Of a DNA stretch of 64,000 nucleotides, positions 38,101-51,720 are shown one piece after another. This DNA comes from Azolla caroliniana. Its lineage: Eukaryota > Plantae > Polypodiophyta. Location: the NCBI GenBank assembly GCA_043228905.1, contig JBHGNT010000020.1:14694001-14758000 (forward strand), read 5' to 3'. The notes beneath the pieces were generated by a model. It was not told the DNA's origin and did no database searches. It saw only the letters and a list, made by a program, of their open reading frames with translations. Position 1 is the first letter of the stretch. Every line of letters begins with the position of its first letter. The position numbers and the translations under genes are program-made.

Positions 38101-41100
38101 TCATGGGGAGTTGGAGGTGAAGGCAAGTACCACGAAGCGGACTCATCAAACACGACATCTCGGCTTACACGTACTTCCTTCGTTCGGGGGATATAGCATT
38201 TATACCCCTTCTGTTCGTCTGAGTAGCCAACTAAAATGCAATTTTGAGCTTTGGCGTCCAACTTCCTTCTCTTTTCCTTCGGCACGTGTACGTACGCGAT
38301 ACTGCCGAGAATCCTCAAGTGTGCCAAGTTCGGCTTCTTTCCGAAATATACCTTATGTGGCGACACTCCTCCATGAGCAGAAGTCTGATTCTGCAAGTAG
38401 ACCACCGTCCTCACGACTTCGGCCCAATATAATTCTGGCATATGCTTCTCTTCAAGCAATTACCCTGGCCGCTTCTTCAATCGTTCCTCCTGAGTCTCCA
38501 ATTGGTTGTCTAGTGGTGTAGGTACTTCCTCATCCGAACCCTGGTTCGTTGACCGGGGATGCCGATTTTGTCGTTTCCGGTTCTGGCATCAGTATGTTCT
38601 CCGAATCGTTGACGTCCGGACCTTCCGCGGTGTCATGACTGCTTCAATAATTAGACTGAACACAGTGCTCCCCGTCAGAATATGATTCGATAGCCGAGAA
38701 TGCTCCCGAATCTCCCTCGGCCGCCGCGAGGGTCTACAGGATGGATTCCACATCCCACAAACTGCTCAAACTGCTTCCTTCATCCAAGTATGGATTGTGC
38801 TATAATCGGAGTGACTCCTCCGCAACATGCCAAATCACGCTGGAAAAAGACTGATCCGATCAAATCTCCTCAACCGCCAGCTGGTAAGCCTCCTGCCTCC
38901 GCAGTCCCTCGGCTAGTCTTCTTGCTCATTTGGCAACTGGATCGTTTGTTGGCCTAGTCATCCATCCCCCCGTCGTTCACTTCTTGCTGCAATAATCATG
39001 GTCCCCAAAATAGTGTTGAAGGTTTTAGGGTTAAGGATGACGATTATGATGATAATAGGGCTGGAGATGGCGAAGATGTTGAGAACCATTGAGAGGTGCG
39101 GGGTGGTGCCTAGAAGGGCTCCACCCCCTTTCGAAGGGGGTTCAACATAAGGGAAGAGAGAGAGGGAGAGAGAGATAACAAGAGATAGAGGGAGAGAACT
39201 AGTCCTTCATTCTTCATTCATTCCCCATAAGGGGTTACATAGTTACAAAAGGGTAGATACACAGGGGTGCAAGCCCGCTCGAACATTCACACCAATCACT
39301 CAATCACACCTCCTCGTATCCGTCCACATGCACACACATGTGCATGTGTACACATACGTAATTACTCACACTGACAATTACACTTACACATTTACACATA
39401 CACATAAACAACATTATAACATTCCACCCTCGCTCTTCGTACATCTCGTACGGTAACAATGGTCACACAAACGGTCCGACAAACGACGACTATTACGGGC
39501 ATGATCATATAATATCCTGTGGTGAGAATTTACTGTAGTATTCTATACATGTGGATAAAGTGTGAGGGTTAAATGAGAGTGTAAAGAAGGGGAGGATTAC
39601 TTTTTTTAAAAGAATACGTTGTGCGGAAGCGTGTGCGTAAACACAGAGTATACAGTTCGGAGGAATAAGACAATTCAATAAAACACAGAAAACACAGAGA
39701 TGGAGAGAGAGAGCAAACAACAAAAAAATTAGATTCAAAAAGGACACTGTATTCTGTGTACATACTTCGTGCTCAATGAGCACCTTATATACAAGCCCTA
39801 ACAATCGGGCTGACACAAGTACTGATAGTACTTGAATGATCATAAATGAGCCGCGACACTCACTCCCAAAATTATCCCTTACGAGGAATAACGCTCTATT
39901 GGCCTCTTCGGTTTTCACACCGATGCGGCCCTGTTGTGTGTTTTTTCACGCACCCAGTCTACACACTGGGTTACGTTGCGTACTTCACACCGAATGTTGA
40001 GCTTGTCTCTCAACACTCCCCCTCAAGCTCAACTTGAGGTTCCACTTGCTCCGCCGGATCTACGCTCCGGTTCCTTTGGGCTTCACGCCTCGCTCGCGCT
40101 CCTCTCATGCTCTTGTCCCTGTTCTTCCTTTCTCCCCCTCAAGTTCAGCATGTCGAGGTGACGCAACCCAAGCGCACCTGAGAAATGTCGTAACTTGTCG
40201 AGCCCAAGAGGTTTTGTGAAGATGTTGGCAAGCTACCGATCAGTCGAAACATGCACCAATTCGACTTCTCCTGAAAGGACCCGCTCGCGGACAAAATGGT
40301 AATGCACCTCCATGTGCTTGGTCCGGGTGTTGAAAATGGGGTTTTTCGCAAGGTGAATATTGTTGAGGTTGTCACAAAATGTCGTCGTCGAATCAGACAC
40401 CTTTACCTACAGATCCCGTAATAGCCATTTTAGCCAAATCACTTCGCACTTAGCGACAGTTGCCCCTCGCTATTCGGCCTCCGTGGTCGACAGTGCCACT
40501 GTCGGCTGCTTTTTGCTACTCCATGCGATCGCCGTACTTCCTAACAAGAAGGCATATCCGGATGTGGATCGACGATCACTGGCATTTCTGGCCCAATCGG
40601 CATCCGTGTAGCCGACTAACTGTTCGGCTATGCCTACTCGATATAGCAACACCATGTCTTTCGTGCCGCTGACATATCGCAATATCCGTTGCGCGCACTG
40701 AAACTGTTCGGCCGTAGGTTGCGACATGAATTGACTGATTAAGCCGACCGGGTACCTAAGATCCGGCCGAGTAATCGTCAAATAGATAAGGCTCCCGACA
40801 ATCTGTCGGAACCGTGTTGGTTCACACGCCTTGCCCGAATCTAGGCGAAGCTTCATGTTGCTATCCATAGGGCTCGAGATGGGCTTACAGTTTTCCATGC
40901 CAAACTTGAAGAGCATATTCAGCGCGTAATGACGTTGGCTTATCGATATGCCTTCGGGGGTACGGATCACTTTGATCCCAAGGAAGTAATGAAGGTCTCC
41001 GAGATCCTTCATTTCAAACGATGCCGCAAGCTGAGACTTCACGCAGCAGATTTCGTCCAGGTCGGCACCGGCGATGACTAAATCATTAACATATAATAGG

Positions 41101-44100
41101 AGACGAACCGGTCCGTGTTGACCTTGCCGAACAACTAGGGAAGAGTCTAATTTCGATGTTGTAAAGCCCATCCTACGTAGCTGTTGCGTAAACTTCACGT
41201 TCCAGGCTCGCGGGGCTTGCTTAAGTCCGTACAATGACTTCTTCAGTCGGCAAACTGCCGAGGTGTTTCGATCGGATAGAAATCTGGGGGGCTGTATCAT
41301 GTACACTTGTTCCTCAAGCTCACCTTGCAAGAACATGTTCTTTACATCCATTTGATGTAAGTGTCACCCCTTTGCTGCAGCTACGGCTAACAGAACACGG
41401 ACGGTGGTCATCTTCGCGACAGGCACGAAGGTCTCATCGTAATCGATGTCGTGTTGCTGCGCGTAGCCTTTCACTACTAAGCGGGCCTTGTATCAATTGA
41501 CGGAGCCGTTGGTATTGTATTTCCCTTTATACACCCACCGACATCCGATCGGCTTCACACCCGTCGGTGCGTCAACTAGGTCCCATGTCTCATTCTGGAT
41601 TAAGGCGCACATCTCTTCCTCCATTGCGGCATGCCAATTTGCGTCCTTCGCCGCTTCTGCGTAGCTCTCCGGCTCACGCACTTCCACCACTCGCGTCATG
41701 TACGCGTAATGGTGTGCCATGTACTTATTATACCCGTATCTCTTTACGGGTTCTTCAGGCGGGTAGATCGGCGTAATTTGTGATTGCTCGATTTCACGAC
41801 CTTTTCGGCTACTATCGACCTCTTGCGTGGAGGTTCCTTTTCAGTTTGCCCGTAGTCAGACTCACTCCGATCTGACTCGGCGCTGCCGAAGTCGTATTCC
41901 GGCATTTTCTTCTTGCCTTTTTCATTGTGCATAAGCCGTCTCCTCGGCTTCCTGCACAGGGAATGCACGGTCGAGTCTCCACTACTTGTCGTCTCATCAT
42001 TTGGTTGGCCATCTTTGCCCAACCCCTCATTCAGCCCTCTTAGCCAAAATGAGATCGGACTCTCTCTTAGAGCTCCGACGTCCTTATCATGTGGAGGCAT
42101 TTCAGCCTCGCTAATTTCTTCTTCAGAAATTGGAATGGAGTAATGAGGTTCTGGAGGAGAAGGCAAGTACCACGAAGCGGACTCGTCAAGTATGACATCG
42201 CGGCTTACGCGTACTTCCTTTGTTTGGGGGTTATAGCACTTATACCCCTTTTGCTCGTCTGAATAGCCGACCAAGATGCATTTCTCGGCCTTGGCATCTA
42301 GCTTCCTCCTCTTCTCCTTCGGCACGTGCACATACGCGATGCTGCCAAAAATCCTCAAGTGTGCCAAGTTCGGCTTCTTCCCGAAATACAACTCATGTGG
42401 CGACACTCCTCCATTATCAGAAGTCTGATTCTGTAGGTAAAAATCCTTCTTCACGGCTTTGGCCAATAGAATTTCGGCATATGCTTCTCTTCAAGCATTA
42501 GCCTGGCCGCTTCTTCAATCGTCCGATTCTTCCGCCCCGCTACGCCGTTCTGCTCTGTCAGATATCTACATGAGAATTCACGTTGAATTCCCTCCTTCTG
42601 TAGATAACTCGTGAATTGGTCGGAGAAGTACTCCTTCCCGCCATCGGACTGTAGGGATTTGATCTTGCACCCTATTTCCCTTTCCGCGAGGCTCTTCACC
42701 TTCAAGAAACATGCGAAGACATCGCTCTTCTTCACGATCGTGTATGCCCACATGTGCCGAGTGAAGTCGTCGATGAAGGTTACGAAGTAACAACTTCCAC
42801 CGAGACTCATGTTTTGTGCCGGTCCCCACACATCCGAATGGATCAAATCCAGCGGATTTCGACTACGATTACGCTCGTTGGGGAATGGAGGTCGGTGTTG
42901 TTTTCCCAACTGATAGGCTTTGCAGACTTGGCCATTCTGGTCCCGAAATTTCGGCAAGGTCAAAACAATGTTCTTCGTCTGCATCTCACAAAGCCGTGGG
43001 AAATTTACGTGGCCGAACCGCTTGTGCCACAGGTTGATATCCGATTCAACCTTTTGCCCTTTCACGTACAATGCGGTTCCGGCTTGATTAGTGTCAAGGA
43101 TAAGCATCCTCCTTTCACGGCGCCCTTGCGCGATTATCTTGCCTTCCTCTTCTATGAAGAAGCCATGATGCGTGAATCGAACTTGCATACCATGTTCGAC
43201 GATCTGTCCGACCGACACAAGGTTCTTGGTTATTGTTGGGACGTGCAAAATGTTCATAAACTTCCCTTTCTGCCGAACGTGGCAGAGGGGAACTTCACCG
43301 ACAATGTTCGATGGTATGCGGAGTGTCATCTCCGGTTTCGACCACTCCTTGCTTTTCCGGCATCTCCAAGTACGAGAAGCATTCCTTGGGATTCGTCATA
43401 TGATTTGACGCTTCGGAATCAACATACCACACCTCGTTCATTTTCAAGGTGTTGACGGCCATCGAATTGGCCTTGTGCTTCATTACGAAGGCGGGGCCCA
43501 ATCCATTTGCAGCTCATTCGGAGCCCTTAGCATAGTGCGACTTTTGACGCCTTCCTGCGTCTCTCCCGCTCGGTCTGGCTTTGTCTGAATCGGCCTGTTT
43601 CTTCCAGCACTCGCCCTCCTTGTGGCCTTTCTTCCCATAGTACCAGCATTCCGTTGCGGCCTTTTCTCTCTGGGTTCCGTCGCCACCATGACTCCCCCTG
43701 CTTTCGGAGGATTCAGAATTGCTTCCGGCATTTCGATTATGCCGTCCATTTTGTTCTTTTCAACCGCCTCCATTACGCACTGATCCGCCTCATCCACCAC
43801 GACCACAGGGCCCTATCTTCCTCTGTGTATAGCATCTTGCCATCAGCATGTGTACTCGTCGACGCACCTGCGTGGTTTTCCTCCACGAGCAACATTGACT
43901 AAAGCTCGAAGAACGAAGGCGTATTCTCCCTCGTATAGACTGCCGTTCGGAACACTCCGAACTTTGGCGCTAGCCCACCAAGATAAACCTGCACCATTTC
44001 ATCTTCCTCATCATTCACGTTGACGGAGGCGAGGGAATCGTAGATTTCCTTGATTCGGGCCGTGTAATCGGCCACAAACAAATCTTTCTATTCGACATTG

Positions 44101-44943
44101 TTGAGCTCTTGTCTGAGCTACAGCTTCTTGGTCGTTGTGCTAGCGGCGAAAATCTTCTTGAGATTCGCCCATGCATCCTTTGGCGTCTTGGAATCCCCAA
44201 TATAGCTCAATAGCTAGTCTCTCACACAGGACGCAAAGCAGTAGAGAACTCTGCCTGCCGCTTGTCCCCAAGCCGAAAAATCTTTGTGTGTCGAATCGGG
44301 TGCTACATCATTAGCTCCTTCGACATAACTCCAATAGTCGTGACCAAGCAGGTACTGGCACATCTGGTACGACCAAGATGCGTAGTTGCTCCTGTCAAGC
44401 TTTTTAGTCGGTTCCATACCTCTGGCCATATTGATGTCTTTTTCTTTTCCGAAAAAATACATAGAACAACTTCAACTCTGTTTTGTCACATTGTTTTTCT
44501 TGTCGGTTGTAGAGGACTTCAACCCTCACACTCTGATACCATGTAGAAGAATCCGTGTGCAGAAGCGTGTGCGTAAACACAGAGTACACAGTTCGGAAAT
44601 AAGACAGTTCGGTAAACTCAGAAAACACAGAGATGGAGAGGGAGTCGGAGAGAGAGAGAGCAGAGACACAACTCTATTCAAAATAATTCTCAGTCTGTAC
44701 ATGCTTTGTGCTCAGTGAGCACATATTATACAAGCCTTGACAATTGGGCTTACACAAGTACTAACAGTACTTGACTGCTCATAAATGAGCCTACTACACT
44801 AACTCCCAAAATTTTTCCTTACGGGGAATAACTTCCTAACGGCCTCTCGGTTTACGCACCACTATGGCCTATTGTGCGCACGGTTTTACGCACCCAGTTT
44901 ACGCACCCGATTACGCACCAAATGTTGAGCTTGTCTCTCAACA
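35192..44943 (-). mobile_element. Composite Ty1/copia element G (two INT-RT-RH sets plus an internal LTR)
   Basis: Outer LTRs 35192-35606 and 44542-44943, perfect TSD ATCTT, PBS TGGTATCAGAG at 44531-44541. Gag-pol 44460->40130; second INT-RT-RH 38484->35793; internal variant LTR 39610-40015. Confidence 0.92.
38485..39458 (-). mobile_element. 5' fragment (LTR 39014-39458, PBS, gag start) of A-family gypsy element E
   Basis: TGTTG...TAACA LTR; PBS TGGGGACCATGA 6 nt inside; gag start homologous to A 10600-10900 and C 47800-48500; 3'-truncated. Confidence 0.8.
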
Positions 44944-47900
44944 ATCTTGAATGAATCTTAGAGAATCTTGAGGTAATCGAGCTCTCGCTACTGCAATAGG
45001 TTTAAAATTCCAAGGAATATCAGGGATAGCAAATATTACCATTGGCGCCCCATGCCTAAAGATCATTTCTTTGAAAGTTGAGATCTCTGATTGTAGAAGA
45101 AATTCGCCCCCTCCAATTCTCAAGTTATTTCTTGTCTCCGAAGTGAAGTGATGTCCGATCTTTTCTATTGGTTGTAGCATAGGCTTACTTGATGTTGCCT
45201 CCATCTTATCTTCGCTATCAATATGTAATGGTACTGGAATAGGTTTGATTTTTTTATCTATTGTTTTGTAATTTGTATTACATAAACTTTCCACTTCTTC
45301 ATATTTACAATTATACTAATCAATTTCATAATACATATCAATTGAGTTTACATGTATCTTTCTAACACTCTCATCATCTTCTTTCAAATACATTTCTAAC
45401 TCTTCTAAAGTATTCGCAAAAAATTTCTTCCATAACACTTTCAATCTGCTCTTCCATTTCAAGTACTCCATTATCCTTCAATGCCTGTTGAAACAAATTA
45501 GCATTCTTTTTTAAGTTCCTCTTGCATTCATACATCCTAGTCACACATATAGCACCACTTTGAGAAACATGAAATGACTTATTCATATGCTGTAATGCCT
45601 CACATGAGGGTCTTTTAATAATGGGACTATTGCAACCCTCATTTGCAACAGTCCTAGTCAAAAACCTTATTATTAAAATCATCAAAGTCTTTTGGTATTG
45701 AATGATCATGAAGCTCTTGCTTGTTCCTCTGATGATTTGGACGAACTGTCATAAACTGTAAAGTTCGTCGTCCATCTTGACTACGGATTTTCGCATAGAC
45801 AGAACCATTGTTGAGGACTTTGGTCTCCATCCGTACCACTATGATGTATGGTTGCCCCAAGATTATTGGATAGGTAGATCCTTCCTGCACAAAGAAATGT
45901 TGATCTACCTCTATATCACCAATAGTAACCTTTACATATGGGCATGCACCAAATAAATTTTCTATGACTAATGTGGATGCTTTTACTCACCAACCATGTT
46001 GAGTATCAATTGGCCATCTACCTTTCCTGTAAAAATCAGCACTCATTATATTTATTTCAGAACCATGATCAACAAGTGTCATCATCGGGTCTGGAACATT
46101 TCCAATATTCACATGATGCTCAGTAGTGGCTCTTGCCCAACATTTCTGAGAGTAGTGGCTTCTTGCATATGTCGAACTTATCATTGAGGTTGATGCATGT
46201 TGAGAATCAACAACGATATTGTTTGACTCATTGCTCACCACTTCATATGCTACCTTTGGATTTGTTTCTTTAACTTGCTCATTTACTTGCTTCTTTCTTC
46301 GCACAATATCAATTATTTCATCGTGAAATTCCTTTTTTGCAATACCTAAGACTTCTCTTAGTGTAAATTCTACTCAACTGTCTAGTATTCTTGTTTCTAA
46401 AACTTTCTTTAAATCTGTATCATTTTCAATATCAGACATTAATTTGAATGAAGGACCAGATTTACCTTTTTCGACTTTTGCGTCCATCTCTTTTCTTTTG
46501 CTTTCTCTTGTCTCATGCTTTTTTGTTGAGCCAATCTCATCATCCAGCATTTTCCTTTTTTCTTCCACTATCACCTCATGCTCTTGGTGATCTACCATCT
46601 GAGCATAGACCGTCATAGCTTCTAGTGGAACATCACATCTAGTGTTTCTCGTTATAGAATCTCCAATATTTATACATGTCTATGGGCTCTAAATGTAGCC
46701 CCATGCAAAGACTCATTTTCATGCACAAGATTCTAGAATGTTCTAGCTTCTACAACTTTCTAGAAGCTTCTAAAATCCTACATGTAGAATAGTTAATCTA
46801 TAATAATCTAGTAAGCTAACATGATTATGTATTGGATGTATTGGTTAAAACATATCGATTAAATATAGTACCTCAAAAGTTTGAATCCTGATATGATTGT
46901 TCTGATGTCTATGACATTATCCCCCTGCTAAGGCCACGTTCGAAGATGCCTCCCTGGTTTTTGTGGATATTGTTGATGAAATGCATTGAACAACATCCAA
47001 GGCATTCTCCAAGTGTTGGGCTAGTTCCCAAGTTGCGTTTGAAATGGGATACCCTTTCCACAAGACTAAGTATTGAAGTTGTCGTCGATGCCAACGAGAG
47101 TCTAGAATCTTGTCCACCTCATAATCCTCACCTGTGGAAAGCTCAATTGGAGGTGGAGGTGGAGAGTGTCTTCCAGAAATACTGGATGGATAATAAGGTT
47201 CGAGAAGAGAGGCATGGAAGACATTATGAATACAGAAATGTAGAGGAAGTTCCACCCGGAAAGTGACAGGATTGACATAATCAATGATGCGGAAAGGCCC
47301 GAACTTCTTGTAATCCAACTTTCCGCAAGGTCTAGTAGTGTTGTCTAGTGGCGGCCAAGTATGGAGTGAGGAATGGGCGAGCCGGTTTCCAGATAAATAT
47401 TTATAATTAAGAATTACGTAAGAATGGATGGATCTGGAACCCATTCATAGTCGGTTGCCGGTAATGCACCATTTTGTAGCTCAGACTGAATGCCTATAAA
47501 AGGATCTAGATATCGATGTATTGAGAGTGAGAACTTTAATATGAGAGTGAGTTATTATTATTTTCTGTTATCTCTTATTTCTATTCCGTCTTGTGTTTAA
47601 TGTATTGATCTTACGCGTGTAATATGTGTGTGTTGTGAATCGGATATCAACCAGACGTTAACCGGGTGCAGTTCCCAAAGTCAGATATCCCTACCGTAAC
47701 CATCCTTTGGTGAAGTGATTTGTAGAGGACACCCTGTGTTAGTGGCTAATCCGGCCCACGAGTAACACAGTTTTGGCGACCACGATTCCTACAAAAAGCA
47801 GTGAACAGCAAGGGAATGGATGACTAGACCAACAAACTACCCAGTTGCCGAACGAGCAAGAAGACTAACTGAGAGATTGTAGAAGTGGGAGGCTTACCAG

Positions 47901-50119
47901 TAGGCAGCGGAGGAAATCCAATCGGATCGGTCATTTTCCAAGTAATTTGGTGGGTTATGGAAGAGTCACTCCGGTTGTAGCACACCTAGTATCCAGATGA
48001 AGGAAGTAGCTTGAGGAGTTTGCGGGACACAGAATCCATTCTGTAGACCACCCTTTGGTGAAGTGATTTGTGGAGCACACCCTGTGTTACTGGCTAATCC
48101 GGCCCACGAGTAACACATTTTTGGCTACCACAATTCCTACAAAAAGCAGTGAACAACGGTGGAATGGATGACTAGACCAATGAACTATCCAGTTGCCGAA
48201 CGAGCAAGAAGACTAACTGAGAGACTGCAGAAGTGGGAGGCTTACTAATAGGCGGCGGAGGAAATCCGATCGGATCGGATATTTTATAGGTAATTCGGTG
48301 GGTTGCGGAGGAGTCACTCCAGTTGTAGCACACCTAGTATCCAAATGAAGGAAGTAGCTTGAGCAGTTTGTGGGACGCGGAATCCATTCTACAGACCCTC
48401 GCGACTGGCGAGGGCGACTAGGAAGCGTTCTCGGCAATCGAGTCGGATTCGGACAGGGAACACAGCGTGCATTCAAATTACCGAAGTAGTGACGACACCC
48501 CGGATGGCCCGGAAGACGACGAGTCGAACCACATACCGAAACCGGAGCCGGAAACAACAAAACCGGAATTCCCAAAAACAACAAAACCGAAATCCCCAGA
48601 AACAACAAAACCAGAATCCTCGGACAACAAGACTAGTGCGGACCAACAACAAGAGGAGCAGGCTCCGACACCACCACCCGAGTCACCAAAGGAACAGGAG
48701 GAGCGAGCTCCAACACTGCCCCCGGCATCACAAGAAGATGACGCCACAATGCCTTACCAATATACGAAATATCGAGATGATTCGGACGTGGAAACCCACA
48801 TATACGTTTATGTGGACGAATTCCCCAACATACAGAAATTGTCGGGGTTTCCGTGTTGTCGTCCACATACACAAACCATTAAGCAGTTCGTTATTTGGTT
48901 CTAGAATATGCATAGTCAATTCACCAGAGCACCGTCGGAAGAAGAAACAAATGCGGTATTTTTGGCAGCGCTACGGGAACCCCTCCGAACCGTGTGGATT
49001 GTCGGAAATTAAATGTTGCAACAGTCACGAACACGTTCCCCTACCATTTATGGATGGAGTTCTAGACGCGGTAACCTACCATGAGGTATACAGCTTTCTC
49101 GACGGATTCAGTGGTTACAACCAAATTCGGATGCAACCGGAAGACCAAGAGAAGACAACATTCGTCATGGAATGGGGAGTCTTCGTACCGGTGGTGATGA
49201 TGTTCGGATTGAAGACGACACTGACAACGTTTTAGTGAATTATCATGGAAATATTCAGAGAGTTCATTCCGCCATTCATGCACAAAATCCATTTAAGAAA
49301 CTGGATGACAGAGCGGTAGTAACCCAGGCCGGTAACCAGGAGGTACTTAAACCAAATCCGGCACTGTTGGGTACTACGGAATGGTAATAGCACGGTCCGT
49401 ACGAAAAAAAAAAACCCATTATGCAGAGGCAAGGAGCGAACACAAGGAACGAACACGTGGAGTCAACATGCATAGAGAAAAAAGAAAAAGAAAAAGAAAA
49501 AGGAATGGACACCCTGAAACGGCGTGACTTTAGCCATTTAAAGTGCACCACACAACGTACAACTGCTATTATAGTACACAACATGCACGCGTGGGAATCA
49601 AGAAAAGGCGTTAAAATGGGTACACAAAACAGCCGCATCACAGTAGCGTTTTCATTTCGCGAAAGCAGAGCATATAGGGAACATAAGCGGATACGAGTTA
49701 TATTACAGAGGACGCTATCCGAGCCCTGATTGGACTACCTAAGGGAGGGCTCTTCTCCATCGATAATCCTTCTCCATCGATAATCCTTCTCCATCGTTAA
49801 CATTCTAGAATATCCTAGAACATCTTAGAATATTATAGGTCTAGAACATTCTAGAATATCCTAGAACTTCTTAGAATATTCTAGGTCTAGAATATTATAG
49901 AAATCACTAGGCTATAGGAACCTATAAATATGGACATATAATTCTTCTCAAAGCAATTCGAATCAAGACCAGTCTTAAGCTTCGGTCGCCTATCTTGTAT
50001 CCATCTTCGTTCTATCTTATTAATACATTCATTCATCTCTTATCACTTCATTCTTCTCTTCTTGTGATCTCTTTCCATCATTCTTCCGCCACTCTATCTT
50101 TTCTCTTGGTTCTGACAGT

Positions 50120-50126
50120 TTGATTC

Positions 50127-50131
<5 letters not shown>
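50120..50131 (+). promoter_or_regulatory. Self-priming PBS of element D
   Basis: TTGATTCGAATT is the exact reverse complement of AATTCGAATCAA (49955-49966), ~30 nt after the LTR TATA box (49923). Confidence 0.8.
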
Positions 50132-50164
<33 letters not shown>

Positions 50165-51720
50165 CCCCCCCCCCCCCCCCCATCCTCCTCTTTAAACATC
50201 ACGAAACCATGGCTATCATCAACTCAAAAGAATATCTCATCCTTGTTGCAGAAATGGAGAATCTTAAATCTAAGTTCGCATATCTCGAATTAGAGAATCA
50301 ACATTTTCTTGGGGATCAAAAAAGGTTACTGTGGAGAAGCAACAACAGGAAGAAGAGTTTACGCGACGGGTGCAACAATTAGAATCGACAATTGTAATTT
50401 TACAACAACAAAGGGTCGAAGGTCAAGGAAGTATTAAGGAGCCCAAAATCAATCTCCCGGCTAAATTTGATGGTTCGAGGGCGCATTTCCGAGGCTTCTT
50501 GAATCAAGTGCGGTTGGTAATCCAAATGCATCCCACGCGTTATCCGACAGATGCATCACGAGTCGGGTTAGTGGGCAGCTTATTAAGTGGCATAGCATTG
50601 TCATGGTTTGCTCCATTACTAGAGAAAAATTCTCCTCTACTACATAATCTTGAGGAGTTTGTCAAAGAATTTAAGGCTTGCTTCGGAGATACAGATGGGG
50701 CAAGAACATCAATCAACAAGATTCGTACACTACGTCAAGGTGATCAACCAGCTTAAACATATGCAACTAATTTTCGTCTCATCGCAAGTGATATTCCTTG
50801 GGATGAACAAGCCCTAATGGAGCAATTTCGTTCCGGTCTTCGTAGTGATGTGAAGGACTTACTTCTTACCTTCCCCAAGGATCCAAAATCACTTACAGAA
50901 GCTATTAGTCGAGCAATACAGTGTGATAATCGTCTTTTTGAGTGTCGATGTGAGCGACAACAACAAATAACAAGATCAAGATACACACCAACTTATGCAT
51001 CAGTAACGGCGCAATCGTCTCCAAGGCAAACGTATAGCCCTGCTCCAACCCCAAGGCAAACACGTAGCCCAGCCCCAATGGATAGGTCGACGCCCATGGA
51101 GATCGATATGACCCAACACCGAGGACCATTTTCAGAAGAAGAGAAGCAACGACGCCGAGCAAACCATCTGTGCTTATATTGCGAAGGTCCAGGACACATA
51201 GTCATTCATTGCTCCCGTAGGCGAAGATGTCAAGTAAATCACATTCACTATGACAATAAAAATGATTCCAACATTTTAGAAGCACTTAGTGATTCTAATA
51301 TTATGAATAATCCACCCTTGTCAAATAAGTTTGAAGTCTTAAGCCAATAAGAAGAGGAGTCAAACGAATAAGTCAGGCCAAAATAGGAGCCATTTGGTTG
51401 GACAACTCTAGCTTTGTACAACCGAGTATAGGTTCTATTTCATCTAAGCATGTTAGTAGCGTCTTCTCAGCCCAAGTACAAGTTACAACACTGAGTTGCC
51501 AACTTCACGTCCAAGACCTCTTCAATACTGGAGCCAGTTCTTGTTTCATGGATAGAGATTTTGCCCAAAAACATCAAATATCCTTGCATACACTACCTTG
51601 CCCAGTTTCCGTAGTAGTGATTGATGGACTTCCCATAGCTTTCGGGAAGATATTCGAAGAGTCTGAGCCAATACACATACTCTTAGGTGATTTAGGATGT
51701 GTAGTTTCCTTTAATATAAT

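Larger units (their letters stand above)
14183..46676 (-). mobile_element. Old AT-rich Ty3/gypsy element H (basal host of the nest; LTRs not seen)
   Basis: Gag end 46374-46616; PR LVDHGSEIN (45987-46304); RT 44949-45300 plus 34500-35190 (LPQGVTNSVA, FLDD); INT 33420-34200 (SDRG, AYNPKANG) continuing at 14183-14376 across TSD ATGTC. Confidence 0.85.

Noticed and set aside
39459-39475. TGG-starting sequence right of the E LTR as another second PBS
   Set aside because: This LTR is a 5' LTR, so the flank is outside the element; no resemblance to the tRNA-Arg-like motifs.
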